DNA of 64,000 bases from Octopus bimaculoides (lineage: Eukaryota): the NCBI RefSeq assembly GCF_001194135.2, contig NC_068987.1, forward strand, positions 28,535,248-28,599,247, read 5' to 3'. A program made the translations under genes and the position numbers. Position 1 is the stretch's first letter. The number at the start of each line of letters is the position of its first letter. The notes under the pieces were generated by a model. The model saw only the letters and a list, made by a program, of their open reading frames with translations. It had not been told where the DNA came from and did not search any database. This document shows, piece by piece, positions 39,478 through 53,499 of this stretch.

Positions 39478-39812
39478 GTGGAGGCGCAATGGCCCAGTGG
39501 ATAGGGTAGCGGACTCGCGGTCATAGGATCGCGGTTTCAATTCCCAGACCGGGCGTTGTGAGTGTTTATTGAGCAAAAACGCCTAAAGCTACACGAGGCT
39601 CCGGCAGGGGATGGTGGCAAACCCTGCTGTACTCTTTCACCACAACTTTCTCTCACTCTTACTTCCTGTTTCTGTTGTGCCTGTAATTCAAAGGGTCAGC
39701 CTTGCCACACTGTGTCACGCTGAATATCCCCCGAGAACTACGTTAAGGGTACACGTGTCTGCGTATCAACTGGAACCCTTGAGGTCGTAAACGACGGAGT
39801 GCCAACAACAAC
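39478..39812 (+). mobile_element. SINE family 3, near full length with a (CAA)n tail
   Basis: tRNA-like head ggcgcaatggcccagtgg...ggtttcaattccc, a body near-identical to 24241-24508, and a tail gtcgtaaacgacggagtgccaacaacaac. Confidence 0.95.
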
Positions 39813-40524
39813 ATTGCGACAATGAACTGCATGCCCATATGGTAAAAAATTAATTGATCATATTTTGTTATATACACACGCTTTGGATATTTTTGTTATG
39901 ATGTGTAGTGCTATGATTTTTTTTTTCAGATGACTTGTGAAAAGAAAGGAAACCCAGAAGAGATTAGTAAAGTCCCAGTTAGATCTAACATATTGCAACA
40001 AACACTTTCTGAGCGTTACATGTTGGAGAAGTTGTGTTGAACTCCTTTGTAATATCCACAACACATACAATCAATAGTAGAGAAAAAAAGACCACGCAGG
40101 ATCTTATTTATAGCCAACATAAAGAAACAATCACAATGAAGTACGAACAATACGTTAAATCTAGCACAGACTATCCTAATCCAACCTGGATATATTGAAG
40201 TATATTGTATAGAGACCGCGCCTAAAGACCACTGGAGTTGTATGGAAATCCTAATATATTTGTCTTTAGATTGACTGGCATGATTTTGTTGTTGATTGTG
40301 ACGTTCAGCTGTATTTCATGTTGTCCAATAGGCTGGTGTATATGTATATATACGCGTGCGTGCACATACAATTGTGTATATATGTGTATTTGTGTGTATT
40401 CGTGGGTGTGTGTGTATATGTATCTACGTGTCTGTGTATCTACGTTTCTATGCATCTATGTGGCTATAAGTATATATATATATATGTGTGTGCTTACACA
40501 CACATGGACACACACACACGCACG

Positions 40525-40556
<32 letters not shown>

Positions 40557-41492
40557 CGCACACACACATATAGGCGCAGCCGTGACTGTTTGTATATTTA
40601 TCTGGTTTAATTTTGTTGTTGATTGTCATGTTTAGCAGTATTTCATGTTCTGTGATGAGAGACAGTGGGTTTGTTAGACGCTAATTTGTCTTTTGTATTG
40701 ATGACAGTGATGTAACTGATATGTGTAACCTCGTGGCTAGTATTGCATAAGTATCTGATGATGATGGGATGATATCAGTCTGATGGCACTTATGTATGTA
40801 ATTGTCTGTGTGGCTTATGTGTATATCCGAATGTCGTTTAGCTAGAAGCTTAACTGTGTGACTCAGAGGAAGTATTGACTGTGCTACATCGATTTATAAA
40901 TTAGAAGTTCTAGAACTTACTGCATATACTAGGTTTGTAAAATTATCATTAGAAAATGTTGACTAGTAAAATACTTGAAACTTTACTGACAAGCAAGTAT
41001 TTCACTAATCATCGTTGTCTATTGTTTATTAAGGTAGCATTGGGCATTTCTTATAAGACTGAATAACAGACAGTGGAATCATGAAGTTTTGCTGATGTAA
41101 AACGTAGGAGGCAAGATACGTGTGGAGGGTGTTTCATTGCTTACGCTAACACATATTTCCTATCTCAGGTTCGGGAGTAAGGAAGAAGGTTAGTGTTGTA
41201 GGCTAAATGCGTATTCTGGTTTGCAGAGTGAAGTAAGTGTGGTAGTAGAGCCAAGGATTTACACTTTCTTGAATGTTTAAGCGTGTCATGAATCTGTACA
41301 ACGTTACTTCTTTTCAGTTTTTGTTAGACTTATCAAATCACAATCGCTAATGAAGGAAAATCACCAACTTTGGTTAAAAACATTCTTTTCAGCAGACATC
41401 GACTTATTTTTCTCTCGTTTGTGGAACAGAAGCATCAATCGTATCATTTCACACCCCTGCTCCTCTTAAGTGTGTGTTCTTATATATATACA

Positions 41493-41531
<39 letters not shown>

Positions 41532-42098
41532 NNNNNNNNNNNNNNNNNNNNNNNNNNNNNNNNNNNNNNNNNNNNNNNNNNNNNNNNNNNNNNNNNNNNN
41601 NNNNNNNNNNNNNNNNNNNNNNNNNNNNNNNNNNNNNNNNNNNNNNNNNNNNNNNNNNNNNNNNNNNNNNNNNNNNNNNNNNNNNNNNNNNNNNNNNNNN
41701 NNNNNNNNNNNNNNNNNNNNNNNNNNNNNNNNNNNNNNNNNNNNNNNNNNNNNNNNNNNNNNNNNNNNNNNNNNNNNNNNNNNNNNNNNNNNNNNNNNNN
41801 NNNNNNNNNNNNNNNNNNNNNNNNNNNNNNNNNNNNNNNNNNNNNNNNNNNNNNNNNNNNNNNNNNNNNNNNNNNNNNNNNNNNNNNNNNNNNNNNNNNN
41901 NNNNNNNNNNNNNNNNNNNNNNNNNNNNNNNNNNNNNNNNNNNNNNNNNNNNNNNNNNNNNNNNNNNNNNNNTATATATATATGTGTGTGTGTATGTGTG
42001 TGTGTCTGTGTGTGTGTGTGCGTGTATATTTATATAGGACACTGGCACAACAATGCACTAATATGTATATATATATGTGTGTTGTATACGTATGCATG

Positions 42099-42148
<50 letters not shown>

Positions 42149-42810
42149 CTCACACACACACACACATAGATGCGTATACCTGTGTGTTTGATCTGAAGTG
42201 TTATCGTTTTATATATTTCTGTTATTTTGTTTGTTCATGCTCTTTGTAAAATATTCTAATATCAGCATTCTTAACCTATTTGTTTAATTTGTTTCAGTTG
42301 ACATTTCGACGATTTTGACAAAGATTTGATAGATTTTTATAGTTGTCAAAAGATATTTAACTTCTTTATGAAAGATAAAGGCCGGCTGACAACATTTCTG
42401 CTTACTTAAACTTGCTATGAAAATAAATAACGAGATTTTATTAAATGATATTCGCTTCACCTTTCATAGTTTAAAATATCCATCGATGTTAAACAATTGT
42501 CGATTTAGTAACAACTGACGTAGTCATGTCTCTGTTGTTAGAAAGTTCACTTTCTCACAACGTGGCTGTTATTTCGAAGGCAATGCAAGGTTCAGAGGGT
42601 AACTGTCTTCTATTTTAGCCATAGGACAGCCAACTCATTGTGACTTGAATCTTTTTGCAAGACGGAACCAATCTTATAGGCCATTGTATATGTGCGCGCG
42701 CGCATGTGTGTGTGAGTCTATGTGTGTGTGTATGTATGTATGTATGTGTATACATGCATACATATATATATATGCATATATGTATATATATATGCATATA
42801 TGCATATATG

Positions 42811-42847
<37 letters not shown>

Positions 42848-43220
42848 ACTTGTTTTACTCGTTTAATATAACTTGTAGTGGTGATATATTAATGAGTATT
42901 TAGTGTTTTATTATTAACTTTTTAATGATGAAATAATGTATTTCACTTATAAAAACATTAGTTAAATTAATTTCAGTCGTGTTTTGTTTTGGTAACATTT
43001 TATAAGGTTTGAACATTCATTATGGTAGTATCTATGGAAGACCGGTGGGATTACTATTTGTATGGACTTACATATGGAACACAATTTTGCATATAATTTA
43101 GTTATTGCAGTTTTCTATTAATACCAATACAATGTACGTTAGCTTAAATTACACGTCGTAGTTTTAGTAAAGCTAGTGTTTAATCCTACCTATATATTGC
43201 TTGATTGAAATAATGTAGTT

Positions 43221-43624
43221 ACTCTCTGTTTACTTGTTTCAGTCATTTGACTGCAGCCATGCTGGAGCACCGTCTTTAGTCGAGCAAATCGACCCCAGGA
43301 CTTATTCGTTGTAAGCCTAGTACTTATTCTATTGATCTCTTTTCCTGAACCGCTAAGTTACGGAGACCTAAATACACCAGCATCGGTTGTCAAGCGATGT
43401 TGGTGGGACAAACACAGACAAACAAACATATACACACACATACATCTATATATATATATATACACATATACGGCAGGCTTCTTTCAGTTTCCGTCTACCA
43501 AATCCACTCACAAGGCTTTGGTCGGCCCGGGGCTATAATAGAAGACACTTGCCCAAGGTGCCACTGAACACGGAACGATGTGGTTGGTAAGCAAGCTACT
43601 TACCACACAGCCACTCTTGCACCT
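43221..43624 (-). mobile_element. SINE family 1
   Basis: Colinear with 14311-14724, with a small deletion in the head. Confidence 0.95.
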
Positions 43625-44526
43625 TATTAAGCTTTTACTTGTATCTTACACTACGGGAAACGGTAGGTATTATAATTTTGTATGACTTAGTAAAGTTGTC
43701 GCTGTTTAGTTACGTATTTCGGAGTGGTTGTAATTTACTTATGGAATGTATCTATCGGTACGGCTGTACATTGTTTAAATGTGTTTCAAAGTGGTTTCTT
43801 TGGTTTGTTTGTTATCAAACAACACTTTTTTAGTGCTGTTGACAGCACCGGATTGAATGGAACTGCCCAGGTGTCCAAACCATAATGATATCTGTGGGAC
43901 AGCTGATGAGGGAGGTATGGTGGATTGTTGGTTTGGTTGTTTTTATATGTGGATTAGTATTATTGGATTGGACATGGCTGTGGAACAGTATTGTTTTGAT
44001 ATGTATGTATATATANNNNNNNNNNNNNNNNNNNNNNNNNNNNNNNNNNNNNNNNNNNNNNNNNNNNNNNNNNNNNNNNNNNNNNNNNNNNNNNNNNNNN
44101 NNNNNNNNNNNNNNNNNNNNNNNNNNNNNNNNNNNNNNNNNNNNNNNNNNNNNNNNNNNNNNNNNNNNNNNNNNNNNNNNNNNNNNNNNNNNNNNNNNNN
44201 NNNNNNNNNNNNNNNNNNNNNNNNNNNNNNNNNNNNNNNNNNNNNNNNNNNNNNNNNNNNNNNNNNNNNNNNNNNNNNNNNNNNNNNNNNNNNNNNNNNN
44301 NNNNNNNNNNNNNNNNNNNNNNNNNNNNNNNNNNNNNNNNNNNNNNNNNNNNNNNNNNNNNNNNNNNNNNNNNNNNNNNNNNNNNNNNNNNNNNNNNNNN
44401 NNNNNNNNNNNNNNNNNNNNNNNNNNNNNNNNNNNNNNNNNNNNNNNNNNNNNNNNNNNNNNNNNNNNNNNNNNNNNNNNNNNNNNNNNNNNNNNNNNNN
44501 NNNNNNNNNNNNNNNNNNNNNNNNNN

Positions 44527-44569
<43 letters not shown>

Positions 44570-45654
44570 TACATGTGAATGCATAAGTGAAGTGTGTACG
44601 CCTGTGTCTCTGCTTCACTATATCTGTGTAACAGCATGTTTATACACATCTAAAGCCATTGATAATGCATGTGATTGAAAGTGTACACATCGACGAAATC
44701 AATTTGTAGGGATATTTACTCTGCACGAATTATGTAGGTACTCCCTTACCATTTTCTCTGTCAACATGTAAAATGCCACATTTGCAGGGTTCACTCTCGG
44801 CTTACTATACCAATGCCGTTACTAATAGCAAAATTCAAGAAGATAAAAATATAAATAATAACAAAAACATTCTATTACTGTTGTTTCTGAAAGAGAGATT
44901 GAGAGATTGAGAGACAGACATACAGAGAAGAAAAACAGACAGGCTGACAGCTTGACAGACAGATAGATAGGCAGAGACAGAGAATGAGAAAGACAGAGGG
45001 AGAGGAGATAGTGGATAGAAGTGCAATGAAGTTACATTCAATATTCCTCATACGATAGGGCGAAAAAAAACTAACTCGTATATTTTGTGGAAAATTACTA
45101 TTCAAAGAAGGAAATACTGGTGCTGCATAGGAAATTATTTCTTCTTAACGCAATAGCAGTTACTAAAGCCTTCGTTAAGTCGTAAAATATTTGTTTATCC
45201 ATATATGGTAAAAAGATAATCATTTTCTCTAAATCTATTTTCTCATTCGTATATTGCACCCTCGTTGTTCTCTTTGTCTATTTGGGATGGTTTATTGGGA
45301 TCTTAATCATGTGCATTTGCCAGACTATATAGCTAATTTATTTCGCTCACACGTACAATAAACACTCGTGCACACACACACACACATGCATACACGCACA
45401 CAAACGCGCAATCGCATACAGGCATATCCACACATCCACACACATGCTGTTTAACACACGCATAATGGAGTAAATATGTGTATGCAATATATATAAATAT
45501 ATATGTATATATATATATATGTTACATAAATATATGTATTACACATACTTAGACATACATACAGGCATATATATATATATATATATATATACATAGATAA
45601 ATAGACAGATTGACAGAGAGACGGACAGACTCACAGACAGGCAGACAGAGAGAC

Positions 45655-45684
45655 GGATATATAGATAAATAGATAGATAGATAA

Positions 45685-45754
<70 letters not shown>
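45655..45754. repeat. (AGAT)n microsatellite
   Basis: Directly visible. Confidence 0.95.
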
Positions 45755-45757
<3 letters not shown>

Positions 45758-46714
45758 GTGAAGATACCCTTCCTTGGATCAGCATGCTGCCAATGAAATT
45801 CCATTATATTTAACACGCCTCTTTATGGCATCCGGCTGCCAGCCAGACCATAACTTTAAAGTCCCACCTACATTTTTTACGCATTGTCCTTTGGGATACG
45901 CAAAGGAATCCACTCTCTAGAGCTTTAATAACAACCAGTTGCTATACACGTCAGCTTCTCACATTCCTACAATATGCACCTCCTCCATAGCAAATTATAA
46001 ATATTTTCTTAATCCCCCATCTATCCTTTGTAAACTAAAACAAATACATCCTACAATCATCATCATTATCATTACAATCATCGCCAGCTTCCCCAGCGCC
46101 ACCAATCGAAACTCTAACAAATCTGCAGAAATCGTTGTTACTTCAGCTACTACGCATTAGATACCAAACAACCATCCTTTCGATCGATCCACACCTCAAA
46201 CTCCTCCAACCATCATTAACACTGTTGCGGTTTCAACCAGTCCCTCCACTCGCCAACTGAATTATCAACACCGCCCCAAGTCAATACCAACGATCCGATT
46301 CTATTAACCTCCTCCTATGTGACCTCTTGGTCTTGTTTATTGATTTAACTTGCTAGAGTAGGCTGTTGCCATTAGCCTAGCAGTTGGTCAATCCACCCAG
46401 ACTGTTTCAAGAAGATATTTTCCCATCTCTGCTCCGATCTAATCACATGGTATTAAGATTGACTGTAGACTGTAAAAGGAATACTACAGCGCCGTCGACG
46501 TCGGTCGATCCAACACTAAATAAATACAGCTTAAATCTTTATATTGATCGTCGTTAGATATTTGTCGTCTCCAAGTCTCTGCCCTGTAAATAATTTATAC
46601 GCACAATACATAAAATACAAAACAGCAAACAATAAAATTAACAATAACATAATATGAACGTCAGCAACAAAAAGTCATTACAATAAAAGCAACAACAACA
46701 TTATAAAGGAACAC

Positions 46715-46779
<65 letters not shown>

Positions 46780-46950
46780 TATTCTAGCTTTGGCACGAGG
46801 CCACACATTTGGGGGAAGAGTGATGTCAATTTAATCGATCCCAAAACTTGGCACTTATTTGATCGAACGTAGAGAGATGCAATGCAAAGATAGCGATAGT
46901 GGGATTAGAACTCTGGATGTAGACTAATAATAATAATAATAATAATAATA

Positions 46951-47013
<63 letters not shown>

Positions 47014-47060
47014 GTTGTTGTTGTTATTGTTGTTGTTGTTGTTTTTGTTATTATTATCAT
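46715..47060. repeat. (TAG)n at 46715-46778, a SINE family 2 fragment at about 46780-46870, then (TAA)9 abutting (TTA)n/(TTG)n at 46925-47060
   Basis: Directly visible. Confidence 0.9.
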
Positions 47061-47469
47061 TATCTGTTCCAAAGGAGTTAAAGGACACGTAGTCACATGT
47101 GTAAACACATACATATGTACAAGCGCGCATACTCAGGCGTGCATAATAAGCCTGCGATGAGGTTGAGACGCAAAACAATACGTGAAGCCTGATTAAATGT
47201 TGGATAGAGAAATGTAATGCAATTAAGTTAACACACCCACACATATTTTAAAACCCGTCAAAAACGACCTTTATTCTGACGGCATTTCACTCTGAACACA
47301 ATCTGCAGAATGTGTCTCATTAATCATAGGAGAATCAACAACGATAAGGTTAAAATGAAAGACATGACAAAGGATGTAAAGATGGAATCCGAATAGATTT
47401 ATATGTCCCCAGATAATATGTCCCCAGTTGCAGCGTATTTCACTTTGTGTAATTCGGGGTATTCCACAA

Positions 47470-49330
47470 GCAGACAGAAGATAACTCAGATTATACTCTT
47501 ATCTCCAAAGCATAGAAAGTGACCTATTCCAGGTTTTTTCCTACTCAGAAAAAAACATCAAACTAAGTGTATGTGAAGTCAGACTCACCACTGTTGTCAC
47601 TCACATTCAAAGTTAGTATCTAATCTACTAAAAGTTATACCATCATCTTTCTCTCCCTTAAAAATTGGTAATCGTCACCATCTTTCAGATGAGTCCAGCA
47701 TACTATCTATTTCACCACAGCTTCCAGGCCGGGAAGATGTCTAAGGAAGTTGGTGCGTCGATCTTCACTATAAACTCGGCAGAGAGTTGAATTCATCTTA
47801 CATGTGACAGCAGCTGTTTGACACAAGAACACCTGTAAGAACACAAGCCACTAATGCATAGACAGTGAACAATGGCTTGCAAGATGTTTTCAAACTTCTA
47901 TACGCGTCTCGGGTATGTAAGTCTATTAGTGCTTCCCTATCTTATGACCTTTTCTGGAATAAATAATGCTCCCTGTAGCTTTTTAGCACTACCGCGTCAA
48001 GAAAATCTGGAAGCTGTCCATGGTCTCTGGCTTGAAATTTCCCAAGAAAAGACAACTCAGACGCATTCCTTCTAGGACATCTAATCATCGTGTTTCGTGT
48101 CGAAGAAGTGGTCGAGTATTATTTTCGTCATCCATTGTTTGCGATGAGTCGTCTACGCGCTTTTTCTCAGCAACTAAATACTTTCTTTTCTACTATATTG
48201 TTTTCTATAGCCATCTTTTTGCTAAAACTGACAGATATTTCTGTAATTATTCTTTTAAATGGATCTCATCACTTGTTGATGACCTCTTCCGCTATTCCTG
48301 CTTAACTTCTATTCTAACCCAATCCTTGAAATCTTTCTGCACTGCAAGAAAGCGTTTATCTATCAATAAATAGGTCCTTGCTTTTTCGTCTGTTCTAAGT
48401 TGACAGTAAAGATCACAAAGTTGTTGTCTCAGAAACCAGCTATCTGAAACTGTAAGCAACTTACACTGCATATTTATGCTAGTCTAATGAATGTCCAATG
48501 TAATTATTGATGGGATGAAACAGAAATCTGGGACACCAAGCACGTCTTCTGGAGAAGCGTTCCCGTTCTATTTTATTAGGTGTTGGACTTTGCACAAATT
48601 TTCTCCCCGTGCTCCTTTAGCATGGTTATTACCATGCCATGGTCTCTATGAAGAGTTACAATTGTGATCTTGACATTTCTCACACGACATCCCTCATATT
48701 TCTGTGTATCATCACTAACTCCTGGGTAGTAGAAGTCGTTATAGTCATCCTACGAGCCTTCTGACTGCTGTTGCAGAGAGCTACTACAGTTCCATGTTGC
48801 TTTCCTTGGCATCTGTAGATTACGGAGGGGGTACATTTGTTCTAAACATTACTCACGGCTAGGTAAAGTTATTCAGCCTTCCTATCTTTGCGGTTGATGC
48901 ACTAGTAAATGATAGTTCTATTTTTGTAGACAAAGTTTCTACTTCCGGATGGAGGCCACTCAATACCATTCTTATACTTTTTAGTAACATTCGCATTCTT
49001 TTCCGGTGAATGACTAATCGTCTCTTCTGTGACATTCGTAAAGGACATTTTGTCCCGTAGTTATTTTTCATCATTGATGCTTTTTATGCTGCTCTTGTAG
49101 CTTATGTTACTGTTTTATGTTATATTTGTTGTCAACGTTTTTGCTGTTTTTGTGTTGTTGACAACTGTTGTTGCTGTTGTGTTTACGATATCTATGTTAC
49201 TGTTACTGCTGCTTACTCTATTATTGTTAATGTTGGTCTCATGAACGTTATTCGAGTTGTTGATGTGAATGTTGATGTTGGTTATCTAGTTGCTACTGAT
49301 GTTGTTATTTCCGTTTGTTCAATTGTTTTT
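47470..49330 (-). mobile_element. Heavily deleted L1/Tx1-like LINE (ORF1 remnant, mid-ORF2 patch, C-terminal zinc-finger region)
   Basis: Minus-strand patches: FIPSIITLDIH plus a decayed CWF.RQ knuckle; EVINK**DPFKRIITEISVSFSKKMA (WWD.FKR.I...S..FSK type); and ENILQAIVHC...QLLSHVR*IQLSAEFIVKID. There is no recognisable RT or endonuclease core, and many stops. Confidence 0.5.
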
Positions 49331-49350
49331 ACATTCTTTGCTAGTTTGGC

Positions 49351-49537
49351 ATTTAGTCGAACAAATCGACTCCAGGACATTCTTTGTAAGCCCAGTGCTT
49401 ACTCTGTTGGTTTCTTTTCCCGAACCGCTAAGTTACGGGGACGTAAACACACCAACATCGGTTGTCAAGTGATGGTGGGGGGACAAACACAGACATAAAA
49501 ATACATACACACACACGCACACACACACACACACACG

Positions 49538-49599
<62 letters not shown>

Positions 49600-49753
49600 A
49601 CGGGCTTCTTTCAGTTTCCGTCTACCAAATACACTTACAAGGATTTGGTCGAGGTATAGTTGAAATCACTTGCTCAAGGTGCAACGCAGTGGGACTGAAC
49701 CCGGAACCATGTTGTTGGGAAGAAAGCTTCTTACCACACAGCTACTCCGCTAT
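49351..49753 (-). mobile_element. SINE family 1
   Basis: tttagtcgaacaaatcgac...gaaccgctaagttacggggacgtaaacacacc...gcagtgggactgaacccggaaccatg. Confidence 0.93.
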
Positions 49754-52347
49754 GTCGAGAGTCATTTAAGCATGATGTAGGAGGTAACATGAAAAATGTC
49801 ACCATATAGTTCTCTCACTCACTTTCTCTTTCTCTCTTCCACCCCCCACAAATACACACACACAGGTTCGGTAGTAGTTGTGTCTGTATGTGAATGTCGA
49901 TGTTGCGAGTTTCCGAGTTCAATATATACGTGTGTATGTGTGTGTTGCGTATGAGTGTCCTAGCGTATGTATGTGTATGTGTGTTTCTTGCACATGTGTG
50001 TAAATACAATGAAATTACTATTAGATTATTAAAGTAGCCATCTGTGTATCATACTTTATGCAGATATATCGAGAGAAGGCGAATTTGCTGCGGTATTCTG
50101 TCCGGAGATAATATCTCTGATAAACATTCTGTTTTCAATAATAAAAATTTAAGAGCAGGATGCAAACATAGTCCTGCAGCATGGATGGGAGTGCTAGATT
50201 CGCATTTCTGCCTCGTGAGCTTTGTCAGTAGAATACTGAACCGACACAGCCCAATGTGGAAGATCGGTACATCTAACATTCTCACTATGTCTGCTGGAAA
50301 AATTCTGTCTCTTACTCGTATGTTTGTGTTTTTAAACACAGTATGTCTATAATATCCCAAGTTCGATATATACTATCCTTTCATTTACTTGAGGACCATA
50401 AAACATGTTCTTACAAGCAGTAGTAAAGTGTAATAGGAGAAAAGGTATATTATATTAGCTGGATTTTGTTATGTAAGCAGACTATAGAGCCGAAGCGAAG
50501 CAGATTATTTGAAACATGGGGGTCAACAAAAGAATCAAAACCACTAATGGGTTACTGTAGACCGAACAACAAGAGTAAAACTTATTACATGTGAAAAATA
50601 AGCAGAAAATAGGAAGGGAGTGAGTTACTGATATATGGAATAGTAGTCAAAATTGTAAATGTTTGCTAGGAAGAATACACAGAAAAGCAAAGGAAGACTC
50701 GGTAGTCAGTGTGTTTGAGTTAAGGAAAAAACATCGGATTTACTGCTTTGAAAGGAAGGGCGGCTGTTATGTAAAATAAATCAGTATAACCAGACTATGA
50801 AACATAAGTAGATTTAGATTTACGGTTATAAGAAAATATATATATATATATATTAGGAAAATAATTATTAAATACTACCGTATGAAAGCAGATAAAACAA
50901 ACGAATAGAGAATATTAAAGCGTAGACATAAGCTGAGAAATGAGAAAACTGTAAGACATGGTGAAATAAAGTTTACACTTGCTAGAACTCTAGAGCAGCA
51001 AAAATAATAGATTTCGAGAAGTTGTAATTAATTTGGGAATAGCAAAACGGTGTCGTTAAAAGCGTTAGAATTTTGATATCACTAAATCTTAAGGTGCGTC
51101 TCTCTGATATGCATGCAGTTGTTTTATAATACATTGTAATCAACTGACAAATATCGTTGAACATTACTAATCTGAAAAAAAAAAAAGAATGTTCGCAATG
51201 TACATAATAACTTAATTAAATATTGACGTTTATTTTTGTTGTTGTTAATATGAGTAATATATAGCAAATGCCCAACTACGCGCCGTTTAGTACCGTATAA
51301 ACACGTTAGTCTGGACACAAGAGAAATCAACTAAAGATAAACTCAATCCCTTACGCAAAAAAAAAAATGATAATCAATACGATTAACATTTGGTTCAACG
51401 TGAAAGGAAAAAGGAATGCTTTTGTGATGCGCACATAAGATGTACGAAAAATCGGACTTGCAGAATTGTGGTCCGAAAGAAAATATATGCAGCGGTTCGA
51501 TTACGGTAGACCAATGACAATCACTACTAAAGGGATATACTTCGTTTCTCTAACCCAGCAATTAAAACAGAATGAAGGACAAATAGATTTAAAAGAAACG
51601 CATTTCAACAATACATATATATTTCACAGTTACACGCAACTAGAGAAAGAAAGGTATTAATCTCATACATATAGAAAGAAATTAATCTTGATATAAATGT
51701 AACTTTGGAGGACAACTGCCGAATTCATTTAAGGAAATGTACCTTGTCGGAAGTAAAAATATCATACTTGCAATATAGAGTCGAAAAATATTTGAAAAAA
51801 AAGGAAAACCCTTTATAACAGTAGGAGTCACGGAAATTATATAAGTACGTAACTAAAGTACGAAGAAATACACAATTATACAACGTTTAGATGTCACTTG
51901 TAAACGCTATCCCTGCATTGGGCTGAGTAATTTCAATACAATAGAAAACCATATAAACAAAATGAAACACACCGTTATGAAGACATATAAAACTGATCTC
52001 CGTGGTGCAGAATATACGCAATAAAAATAAGGCTACAGAAATATTAATAACAATATTGGCAGTTAAAATTGTTAATAATATTTTCCCTATCTCTATCACC
52101 AAAACCAATAGCAGTAGCAGAAACAGTGTAGATTAATGACACAAATTCTGCTCCACTAATATTTTACTAACTCGGTTATGTTTTATATGAGCTGAAGGAA
52201 GATATGTTTTAAGCAATATAAAGGATCTCATTTTTTTTTTTTTTTTTTCCTTTTTTTAATAGCAGATGTTTTATTACCAATACTGGAATTATGAGAGCTT
52301 TCCTTGCCTGCAGTGACAGTCACTGAATAACGCTGTAATTACAAAAC

Positions 52348-52378
<31 letters not shown>

Positions 52379-52435
52379 CATCACCATCGCAATTACTATT
52401 AATATTACAGTTAATATTCCTATTGACATTGTAGT

Positions 52436-52610
52436 GTGGCGAGCTGGTAGAATCATTAGCATACCGGACAAAATGCTTAGTGGCATTTCGTCCGTCTTTA
52501 CGTTCTGAATTCAAATCTGGCTTTGCCTCTCATTACTCTAGGGGGTGGATGTAATCGACTTACACCTTCCCCCGAAATTACTGACCTTGTGTCAAAATTT
52601 GAAACTGATA
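52436..52610 (+). mobile_element. SINE family 2, internally deleted
   Basis: ggcgagctggtagaatcattagc...aaatgcttagtggcatttcg...gttctgaattcaaat. Confidence 0.85.
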
Positions 52611-52925
52611 TCTCTACTGACAGCAGCGCCATGAGAATTACATGAGAAATGCAGTTGCGAAAGTTACATGGCTGTTCCCTTTTCCACAGTTGCCAGTGCT
52701 TACAAAATTATAGTAAGTGTCAAAAAGTATGATCGATATAACTCACTGTTCTCCTAGCTATAATAAAAACAGTTACTATTATTATAATTTATGTTATTGC
52801 TGTTTTGTTTTATACGAGACTTCTAGTAACAACAAGGTTTACAATGAACAATATTTATAATTAGCAATGATATCTTGTACAGAAAGGACATCATTATCTG
52901 AAAACTATTATTATTATTATTATTA

Positions 52926-52959
<34 letters not shown>

Positions 52960-52960
<1 letters not shown>

Positions 52961-53135
52961 GCGACGAATGTTTAGGACGTTGGAAAAAATGCATAGGAGC
53001 TTTCGCTCTCATTACGTTCTTAGTTCAAATCCAGGCAAGGTTGCCTTTGCTTTTTATCACATTGGGATCGATAAAATAAGTACCAGTTGAACACTGGGTC
53101 CACCGAAACTGCCAGCCTTGTATCAAACATTTTTA
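52960..53135 (+). mobile_element. SINE family 2, diverged
   Basis: acgttcttagttcaaatcc...ttgcctttgcttttt...gggatcgataaaataagtaccagttgaacactggg. Confidence 0.8.
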
Positions 53136-53499
53136 CCATTATTATTGTGGCGGTTGTTATTCTTGTTGTTACTGCTGTTACTGTTGATAGTCTATCCACA
53201 CGTATTGCACATCGTTCCCGTATGTTTGTTGTTATTTCTATTGCTACACAAAAGTTATAAATTGAAATGTTTTATCCTGATATTCATAAACTAACAAGGA
53301 CATTAAGGAGCTGGTTAACGTTTCTCAATCTGTAGCCTTTAGGAACCAGATTGGGGTTTGTTCAGTAAATACGACCATCAATTATAGTTTTAAAAAAGAA
53401 ATATGGTGGACGACGCGTTTTCCTCCGCTGAAAGAAGAGACAGTTGTCCGCAGAACAGAATAGACAAATTGTAAGAGTCAACAATAGCAGCAGCAGTTA

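Noticed and set aside
40645-40725. GTGATGA...CTGA spacing like a C/D snoRNA
   Set aside because: There is no terminal stem or recognisable rRNA/snRNA guide, and such motifs are common by chance.
10927-44678. Dozens of long ORFs containing X runs or [12 protein letters not shown] repeats
   Set aside because: They are artefacts of N-gaps and TA/CA microsatellites, not coding sequence.
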